A stretch of 64,000 nt of DNA, taken from positions 661 to 64,660 of the forward strand of contig CAYWVI010000002.1 in NCBI GenBank assembly GCA_964461905.1, written 5' to 3'. Positions 57,548-64,000 of the stretch are shown one piece after another (position 1 is the stretch's first letter; every line of letters starts with the position of its first letter). Position numbers and translations under genes: made by a program. A model generated the notes under the pieces. That model made no database searches. It worked only from the letters and a program-made list of their open reading frames with translations, and was not told the origin of the DNA. Origin of the DNA: an uncultured Rhizobium sp. (GTDB lineage: Bacteria; Pseudomonadota; Alphaproteobacteria; Rickettsiales; UBA1997).

Positions 57548-59119
57548 ATGGATTCAAAGAATTTCTACGTCACTTCACCAATTTATTACGTGAATGACGT
57601 TCCGCATATTGGTCACGCTTACACTTCCATTGCTTGCGACACTTTGGCAAGATTTAAAAGATTGTCTGGTAACAATGTTTATTTTCTAACCGGAACTGAC
57701 GAACACGGGCAAAAAGTTGAAAAATCGGCTTTGGCGCGAGGCAAAAATCCGCAAGAATTTTGTGATGAAGTTTCAGAAAAATTTCGTGAATTAGCAAAAA
57801 CTCTGCAGCTTTCAAATGATGATTTTATTCGCACCACGCAAGAACGTCATAAAATTTCTGCGCAGAAATTTTGGGAAATTTTAGAAAAAAACGGCGCGAT
57901 TTACAAAGGAACTTACGAAGGTTGGTACGCAGTTCGTGACGAAGCTTTTTACGCAGAAGATGAATTGATAAATGGCAAAGCTCCAACTGGCGCGGAAGTT
58001 GAATGGCACAAAGAAGAAAGCTATTTTTTCAAACTTTCAGCTTTTCAAGAAAAATTACTAACGCTTTACGAAGCTGTGCCTGATTTTATTCAACCGAAAT
58101 CGCGCTACAATGAAGTGGTTTCTTTTGTGAAAGGCGGGTTGAAAGATTTGTCAATTTCGCGCACTTCTTTTTCTTGGGGCGTAAAAGTTCCAAGCTCTGA
58201 AAAACATGTGATGTATGTTTGGCTGGATGCTCTTGCTAACTATTTGTCGGCACTTGGATTTCCTGACGAAAACGCCAAACTTTACCAAGATTTTTGGGTT
58301 AATGGCGCAGATTCTCCAATTCATATTGTTGGTAAAGACATTGTGCGTTTTCACGCTGTTTATTGGCCGGCTTTTTTGATGGCTGCAAATTTGAATATTC
58401 CTCACACCATTTACGCTCACGGCTGGTGGACAAATGAAGGGCAAAAAATTTCTAAATCGGTTGGCAATGTTATTTCGCCAATTGGCGAACTTGAATGGCT
58501 AGAATCTTTTGGAATTTCTCGCGAAGTGGCGATTGATTATTTCCGCTATTTTTTATTACGCGAAGTGCCTTTTGGCAATGATGGCGACTATTCTCGCACC
58601 AGTTTTCTTACGCGCATAAATTCGGAATTAGCGAATAATATTGGCAATTTGGCGCAACGCAGCTTGTCGATGATTTTCAAAAATTCTGACGGAAAAATTG
58701 TTGATTTTAGCGCTTACGAAGAAGCAAAAACCTTGTTAAAATCGGCGTATTTGTTGCAAGAAAATGTACAAAATAAAATGGCGAGTTTTGCTTTTGATCA
58801 AGCAATTAACGAAATCATTTCTCACGCTTCAAAATGCAACGAATGGCTGAATTTAAAAGCTCCGTGGAATTTGAAAAAAGAAAATAAAATTGCAGAAATG
58901 AATTTGGTTTTAAGCGTAATTGCTGAAAATTTGCGCGTAATTGCCATCGCTTTGCAGCCATTTTGTATCAACCTTGCGCCAAAAATTCTTGATATTTTAC
59001 AAATCGAAAAAAATCAGCGCGGCTTTGATTTTATTGATGAAAAATATTCGCTAAAACCAGATCACAAAATTAACGAGCCAAAAGCAATTTTTCCAAGGCT
59101 TGAAAATAAAACTTCTTAA
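57548..59119 (+). CDS. metG: methionyl-tRNA synthetase
   Basis: The start is set at MDSKNFYVTSPIYYVNDVPHIGH (the HIGH motif). KISKSVGN provides the KMSKS motif, with an anticodon-binding helical domain. Confidence 0.95.
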   Translation: MDSKNFYVTSPIYYVNDVPHIGHAYTSIACDTLARFKRLSGNNVYFLTGTDEHGQKVEKSALARGKNPQEFCDEVSEKFRELAKTLQLSNDDFIRTTQERHKISAQKFWEILEKNGAIYKGTYEGWYAVRDEAFYAEDELINGKAPTGAEVEWHKEESYFFKLSAFQEKLLTLYEAVPDFIQPKSRYNEVVSFVKGGLKDLSISRTSFSWGVKVPSSEKHVMYVWLDALANYLSALGFPDENAKLYQDFWVNGADSPIHIVGKDIVRFHAVYWPAFLMAANLNIPHTIYAHGWWTNEGQKISKSVGNVISPIGELEWLESFGISREVAIDYFRYFLLREVPFGNDGDYSRTSFLTRINSELANNIGNLAQRSLSMIFKNSDGKIVDFSAYEEAKTLLKSAYLLQENVQNKMASFAFDQAINEIISHASKCNEWLNLKAPWNLKKENKIAEMNLVLSVIAENLRVIAIALQPFCINLAPKILDILQIEKNQRGFDFIDEKYSLKPDHKINEPKAIFPRLENKTS

Positions 59120-59124
59120 AATTT

Positions 59125-59850
59125 ATGAAAAAAATTTCTTCAGTAATCATAATTTGTTTGCTTTCGGCTTGTAGCCTGATTCCGCAAAATCGTGTAAATA
59201 CAATAAGCTTTTCTGGCAAAGCTGAAATTAATACAGCTCCCGATGTTGCAACCTTTACTCTCGCTGCAAGAGTTGAAGATAAAGATTTAGTTTCTGCTCA
59301 ACAAAAAATGACTAAACAAAGCAATAAAGCTCTGGAACTATTGGCTAAAAAGGGCATTAATAAAAACGACATCACAACAGAAAATTACAACACCAGTCCA
59401 AGATATTATTACCAACCAGCCATTTGTGAAAAAGAAATTTGCAGAGCCGGAAAAAGAATTTTAACGGGTTTTGAAACCAGCCAAACAATTTCATTTAAAG
59501 TTAGAAATATTTCTCAAGCTGGCGAAATATTGAGCGAGTTAGCGCAGCTTGAAATTGCTGAGGTGAATGGGCCAAATTTTATTGTTGAAAATTCAGAAAA
59601 ACTAAAATCAGAAGCGCAAGCACAAGCAATTGCACAAGCCAAATCTGAAGCAGAAACAACAGCAAAAAATTTGGGAATTACTCTAAAGAAAATCGTTGGT
59701 TTTTCAGAAAATAATTCGTCATTTCAGTATAAAGCAATGGCATTTCGTGGTGCTGCAATGAGCGCGGACGAGTCAGCTTCTGCTCCGCAATTAGAAACTG
59801 GACAGCAAAAAATTAGCTCTTTTGTTACAATTACTTACGAAATTGAGTAA
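59125..59850 (+). CDS. SIMPL/DUF541-domain lipoprotein
   Basis: Lipobox LLSAC, followed by GKAEINTAPDVATFTL, an alanine/glutamine-rich helix AQAQAIAQAKSEAE, and C-terminal VTITYEI as in SIMPL (26-kDa periplasmic immunogenic protein) family members. Confidence 0.75.
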   Translation: MKKISSVIIICLLSACSLIPQNRVNTISFSGKAEINTAPDVATFTLAARVEDKDLVSAQQKMTKQSNKALELLAKKGINKNDITTENYNTSPRYYYQPAICEKEICRAGKRILTGFETSQTISFKVRNISQAGEILSELAQLEIAEVNGPNFIVENSEKLKSEAQAQAIAQAKSEAETTAKNLGITLKKIVGFSENNSSFQYKAMAFRGAAMSADESASAPQLETGQQKISSFVTITYEIE

Positions 59851-60625
59851 CATTTTTTTCTGCAAGATTTTGTACAAAATTCATTCTTTCTTCGGCTTTC
59901 TTTGTTAGCTCAGAAACCTCAATTTCGCTCGCATCTTTTGGCACATAAATTGCTTGATCGTCGCAAATAAAACATATTGTTGAAAAGGGCAGCGGAACTA
60001 AGAATTTATCCCAAGTTTTTAATCTGATAAAACGAGATGCGGCGTAAGAAATTGGCAAAATTCCCGCTCCAGAAATGCGAGCAATATTTAACATTTCGCC
60101 GTTAATTTTTTGGCTCGGGCCCCTTGGTCCATCTGGAGTTATTGCAATTGCGCCACCATTTTTTAAGCTGGTAAAAATTTTTCTAAAATTAGCAATATCA
60201 ATGCCTCGCGATGCTTTGCGAGAATCTCGAGTAGAACCAAGAATCGGCTCTGAACCAAACCTAGCCATAATTTTGCTGATAAACTGCCCATCTCCGTGGC
60301 GCGATGCCAGAGCAAAAGTTTGACGGTTTTTATTAGCCTTTTTTATCATCAACACAAAAAACGGAGCCAGCATTAAACGATTGTGCCAAATGGCTGCAAA
60401 CAAAGGCTTGGGGCTTTTTGCCAACTTCTCTAAAACCTCTTTATTCACAAAAACTTTTCTGCTGCTGAAAAAAACCAGCTTCATGTAAGAAATAAAAATG
60501 AAGCAGATTAGTGCTTGAAAAGCTTCTGTGTAAAAGAGTTTTCTTAGTAATTGCTTGAATTTCGTCTTAACATCATACCATTCAATTTTGGTTTGAATGC
60601 CAAGAATATTTAGTTTTTTTGCCAT
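59831..60625 (-). CDS. DUF374-type lysophospholipid acyltransferase-like protein
   Basis: 264 aa with a TM segment, WHNRL, RHGDGQFI and the signature ITPDGPRGP. Confidence 0.75.
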   Translation of the reverse strand: MAKKLNILGIQTKIEWYDVKTKFKQLLRKLFYTEAFQALICFIFISYMKLVFFSSRKVFVNKEVLEKLAKSPKPLFAAIWHNRLMLAPFFVLMIKKANKNRQTFALASRHGDGQFISKIMARFGSEPILGSTRDSRKASRGIDIANFRKIFTSLKNGGAIAITPDGPRGPSQKINGEMLNIARISGAGILPISYAASRFIRLKTWDKFLVPLPFSTICFICDDQAIYVPKDASEIEVSELTKKAEERMNFVQNLAEKNVTQFRK

Positions 60626-60700
60626 TAAATTTTGTGATTTTGACTAAAGTTTAAATAATTTTAAGAATGTGAGCTCCTTATTCATAAGGCTTGTCGTGGT

Positions 60701-60744
60701 TAGTTTACCTAAAGTTTACCTAAAGTTTACCTAAAGTTTACCTA
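60701..60744. repeat. 11-bp tandem repeat AGTTTACCTAA x4
   Basis: Four perfect head-to-tail copies are followed by a partial AGTTT. The last copy contains the TAG stop of the 552-aa gene. The array lies 76-119 bp upstream of the DUF374 gene start. Confidence 0.95.
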
Positions 60745-62400
60745 AAGTTTTATCCATCTTGGATTTCTATTATTTCCTATATTTTGGATAGTCCCATCTT
60801 TTTTTGACATCTCCTGCAGAAGATTTTCTATTTTTTTCTTTTTTGCCTCAGTGTTCAAAATTTCTGATAATTTTTTAATTAAAAGATTGTCAATTTCTTT
60901 TCTTGAAGCTTCTTTATATCGACCAAGAAATTGCAAAATCACGTCTTTATAATAAGACTTATCAAAAGCCTTATTCTTTATAAACTCAGCCTTTTGATCT
61001 ACAATTTCTGCAACTTCCGCAGAGATAAAATAGTTAGGCTTTCTGCCATCAACTAATTTTTGTTTTTTTAAAAGCCTGATCCCATCATCGCTGAGCGGTA
61101 TTTTTTTCTGAACATAATCTAGCAAAATAATTGTGGTCAACTCTAGCTCTCTTTCCATCAAAATTTGAGAGAATTTTTCGTCAATCACGCGCCCGTAAAT
61201 TTCTAATCTAACATTTTTTGAATCGCTTTTACTGTAGTCTGGCATCGGGAAAAATCTTTTTTTCTGCCCAAGAAACATCTTGTTAATTCCGTATCCTCTT
61301 TTGTCGATCATGCCAAGATTCACCATCGCATTTACCAAAAAATCATTCCGATAATTCTGGGCAATTTTTTCACCAGTAGCATATTCCTCAGCTCTTCCTT
61401 CAAAAAAACTTCCAGCATTTACAAAAATTAATCGATCCGCTTTTTCAGTTAGAATTATACGAGAATTCAGAAAGTAATCTTGATGAGCTATGCAGTTGTA
61501 AAGAGCTTCTAGAATAACCTCTTCATCATATTTATTTACTTCGCGTGCCAACAATTCATGTGATGGAAAAAATTTATATTTGGTATTGCGAATTCTTTTC
61601 CAAATCTCGGAGGTGCAAAGCAGGAACGGCGGATAAAAATGCTCGTAAGATTTCTCCTCAATGGTTTCTAATCCCCAAGTAATTTCGGCAACATTAAGAT
61701 TTTTTAGGTGATGTCTCGACTCTCTCTTTCCAAGCAACAACAACGCGGCGTTGGTTATTTTACCCCCGATTAAAACTTCTGCTTTGTTTAAAAAAGTTGC
61801 AACATCCCAATTATCAATTTCCTTAAGGTAGCGCGCATTTTCTCTACGCTCTTTAAATTTCTCTTTAGCCTTTAACAAAGCTTGTTCATCAAGATCTTCA
61901 ATGGTTGCTAATTCTGCAATTTGCGCCGACCAATCGACCCCAGAATTACAAATTTTTCTCAAAAGGTCCGAATATTTCGTCTCATTTAAATTAACATTGT
62001 GACTATCCACCCGCCCCCAAGCAATTTTATTGTAAATTGTTGGACAGCCCTTTGCAGCTAGAAATTTAAACAAAACAACAGGCTTTTCTTTGTAAGAAAA
62101 ATGATGAATTTCAAATTTAATTTGCGGACTAACAAAATTTCTAAAATGCAGATTTAGCGACTTTTGATTATTGTCATTTTTAAAATTTCTAACCGTGCCC
62201 ACAACCTTACAAGTCTTGTCATCAACACCAAAAACCAAAAACCCGAAATCTTCATTTTTCAGACAAGCTCCGTTGGAAAGGGCGGAAAAATATTTTCCCA
62301 TCTCTTCAACGCTGTAATCATTTTTTTTAAACTCAATAAACTCACATTCGCCCCTTTTGAGCAGCTCTTCCAAAAGTTTCTGTAATTCGATTTCGGTCAT
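60742..62400 (-). CDS. AlbA_2/Schlafen-type putative DNA-binding protein with C-terminal ATPase-like and wHTH regions (often mis-annotated as RecG-like)
   Basis: 552 aa. The N-terminal GECEFIEFKKN...ALSNG...GFLVFGVDD is the AlbA_2 signature. The middle contains AHQDY and GYGINKM (HATPase_c_4-like). Confidence 0.65.
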   Translation of the reverse strand: MTEIELQKLLEELLKRGECEFIEFKKNDYSVEEMGKYFSALSNGACLKNEDFGFLVFGVDDKTCKVVGTVRNFKNDNNQKSLNLHFRNFVSPQIKFEIHHFSYKEKPVVLFKFLAAKGCPTIYNKIAWGRVDSHNVNLNETKYSDLLRKICNSGVDWSAQIAELATIEDLDEQALLKAKEKFKERRENARYLKEIDNWDVATFLNKAEVLIGGKITNAALLLLGKRESRHHLKNLNVAEITWGLETIEEKSYEHFYPPFLLCTSEIWKRIRNTKYKFFPSHELLAREVNKYDEEVILEALYNCIAHQDYFLNSRIILTEKADRLIFVNAGSFFEGRAEEYATGEKIAQNYRNDFLVNAMVNLGMIDKRGYGINKMFLGQKKRFFPMPDYSKSDSKNVRLEIYGRVIDEKFSQILMERELELTTIILLDYVQKKIPLSDDGIRLLKKQKLVDGRKPNYFISAEVAEIVDQKAEFIKNKAFDKSYYKDVILQFLGRYKEASRKEIDNLLIKKLSEILNTEAKKKKIENLLQEMSKKDGTIQNIGNNRNPRWIKL

Positions 62401-62421
62401 TTGGTGAAATGATTTAGTTGC

Positions 62422-63075
62422 CTAAATTTTCTGTCCAGTGCTTGCCCAATCTTTAACAAAAACTTCTAAACCTTTGTCGGTTAGCGGGTGAGAAATTAAT
62501 TGTTTTAAAACTTTGGCAGGAATTGTTGCAACGTCTGCGCCCATTCTGGCGGCGGCTGTGATGTGAATTGGGTTTCTAATTGAAGCAACTAAAACTTCAG
62601 TTTTAAATTCAGGATAGTTGGCGTAAATGTCGCAAATTTCTTCGATTAAAGTCATGCCGTCTTGACCGATATCGTCAAGTCTGCCAACGAATGGAGAAAC
62701 AAAAGTTGCGCCAGCTTTTGCAGCTAAAATTGCTTGTGCGGCAGAAAAGCAAAGTGTCACGTTGGTTTGAATTCCTTTGTCAGAAAAATATTTACAGGCT
62801 TTTAATCCATCTAAAGTCATCGGCAATTTGATGCAGACATTTTTAGCAATTTTGCTTAAAATTTCACCTTCGCGAACCATGTTTTCATAGTCGGTTGCAG
62901 CCACTTCTGCGCTCACTGGACCAGAAACAATCGCGCAAATTTCAGCGATTACTTCTTTAAAATCGCGGCCTGATTTGGCGATTAAACTTGGGTTGGTAGT
63001 TACGCCGTCAAGCAATCCATAAGAAGCGATTTCTTTGATTTCGGAAATTTCGGCAGAATCAACAAAGAATTTCAT
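62422..63075 (-). CDS. tal: transaldolase type 3B / fructose-6-phosphate aldolase
   Basis: 217 aa with [21 protein letters not shown], the Schiff-base lysine in CIKLP and [10 protein letters not shown]. Confidence 0.92.
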   Translation of the reverse strand: MKFFVDSAEISEIKEIASYGLLDGVTTNPSLIAKSGRDFKEVIAEICAIVSGPVSAEVAATDYENMVREGEILSKIAKNVCIKLPMTLDGLKACKYFSDKGIQTNVTLCFSAAQAILAAKAGATFVSPFVGRLDDIGQDGMTLIEEICDIYANYPEFKTEVLVASIRNPIHITAAARMGADVATIPAKVLKQLISHPLTDKGLEVFVKDWASTGQKI

Positions 63076-63161
63076 AAAAGTTGTTTTGTTTGAAGTTTAA
63101 AGGGAGGAATATTTTGCACAGATCAAAATAACTTTTTTAAAGAATCTTTTCAACCTCTTAA

Positions 63162-64000
63162 ATGTCTAAATTTTTTGCTCAGGTTTTATTACCTTTAGCA
63201 CTTGATGAAACTTTTAGCTACCTTGCTGAATCGCAAATAAAGCGTGGCGATGTTGTGTGCGTTGAATTTGGTCGGAAAAAAATTTGGGGAGTGGTTTTTG
63301 CAATTAGCAATGAAGCTCCAGCGGGAATTTCGCAAGCAAAAATCAAACCTATTTTAGAAATTAATTCACGTTTAAAATTAAGCGAAAATCATCTAAAGTT
63401 TATTTCAACAATTGCCTCTTATAACCTTTGCAGTCGTGGCTTGGTGTTGCGCGCTTTTATTGGAATTTTAAATTCTGACAAAACAAAAAAAGCTTCCAAA
63501 AATTTAACTCAAAATGTCGCGCCAGAAAATTTTAATTTAAAAACTTTGCTTCCCAAACAGCAGGAAATTTTTGACGAGTTACAACAAAAAAAACCGCCGG
63601 TAACTCTTTTGGACGGCGTTACTGGATCAGGAAAAACCGAAATTTATTTTGCGTTAATTGCCGAAATTTTAACCAAAAATCAAGATTCTCAGATTTTAAT
63701 TTTATTGCCCGAAATCGCTTTAACCAGCCAACTACTTTTGCGCTTTGAAACCCAATTTGGTTTTGCGCCAGCTTTATGGCATTCAAAAATTTCTCAAAAA
63801 AATAAGCGCGAAATTTTTTATGGCATCGCCGCAGGAAGTGTTCGAGTTTTAATTGGCGCGCGCTCGTCTCTGCTTTTACCTTTTAAAAATCTGCAATTAA
63901 TTATTGTGGATGAAGAGCATGATTCATCTTTTAAACAAGAAGATGTTTTCAATTTTAACGCTCGCGACATGGCAATTGCCAAAGCAAAGTTAGAAGAATT
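63162..64000 (+). CDS. priA: primosomal protein N' (PriA), 3' end outside the window
   Basis: Hand translation from ATG 63162 stays open to the window edge. It gives FAQVLLPLALDETFSYL, LLDGVTGSGKTEIYF (Walker A) and IIVDEEHDSSFKQ (DExH). Confidence 0.88.
   Translation, partial: MSKFFAQVLLPLALDETFSYLAESQIKRGDVVCVEFGRKKIWGVVFAISNEAPAGISQAKIKPILEINSRLKLSENHLKFISTIASYNLCSRGLVLRAFIGILNSDKTKKASKNLTQNVAPENFNLKTLLPKQQEIFDELQQKKPPVTLLDGVTGSGKTEIYFALIAEILTKNQDSQILILLPEIALTSQLLLRFETQFGFAPALWHSKISQKNKREIFYGIAAGSVRVLIGARSSLLLPFKNLQLIIVDEEHDSSFKQEDVFNFNARDMAIAKAKLEE

Overview
This is an AT-rich, tightly packed chromosomal segment. Gene content suggests a host-associated alphaproteobacterium, Rickettsiales/Holosporales-like: an isolated virB8-virB9 pair, an APRc-like retropepsin, alpha-type L31, a type-2 IleRS remnant, parAB with parS, and pccA. 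That placement is inference; no search was run. About 60 of the roughly 65 coding regions are ordinary housekeeping genes, including lolC/E, murG, panB, dnaK, folP, pstCA, rsmE, yidC, lon, rmuC, rodA, hisC, parAB, tadA, tatD, nadD, ubiA, pccA, ccmB, manC, yggS, glnA, comM, rpmE, purM, prfA, metG, tal and priA. Two tRNAs are present, Ser-GGA and Arg-TCT. The main candidate for something new is a ~2.9 kb islet between phzF and tRNA-Ser (21969-24834). It holds a three-gene minus-strand operon: an MNT-HEPN fusion protein, a LamG/ConA-like beta-sandwich protein, and a short stand-alone Shedu-type (DUF4263-like) PD-(D/E)xK nuclease. A visibly GC-richer, helix-forming ~200 nt tail follows it, and an inverted tRNA-Ser fragment flanks it. 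Other points worth a second look:
- a perfect 29-bp inverted repeat whose arm resembles a type I-E CRISPR repeat
- a zeta-toxin-like P-loop gene plus an unknown ORF, translationally coupled between lon and yidC
- a 3.5-copy 82-bp tandem repeat upstream of folP
- a ~33-aa net K/E-rich insertion in DnaK
- an intact orphan ORF encoding only the C-terminal ~270 aa of IleRS, abutting purM
- an 11-bp x4 tandem repeat next to an AlbA_2/Schlafen-like gene
- two cases of divergent start codons overlapping in CATG
All family assignments rest on motifs read by eye from the translations.
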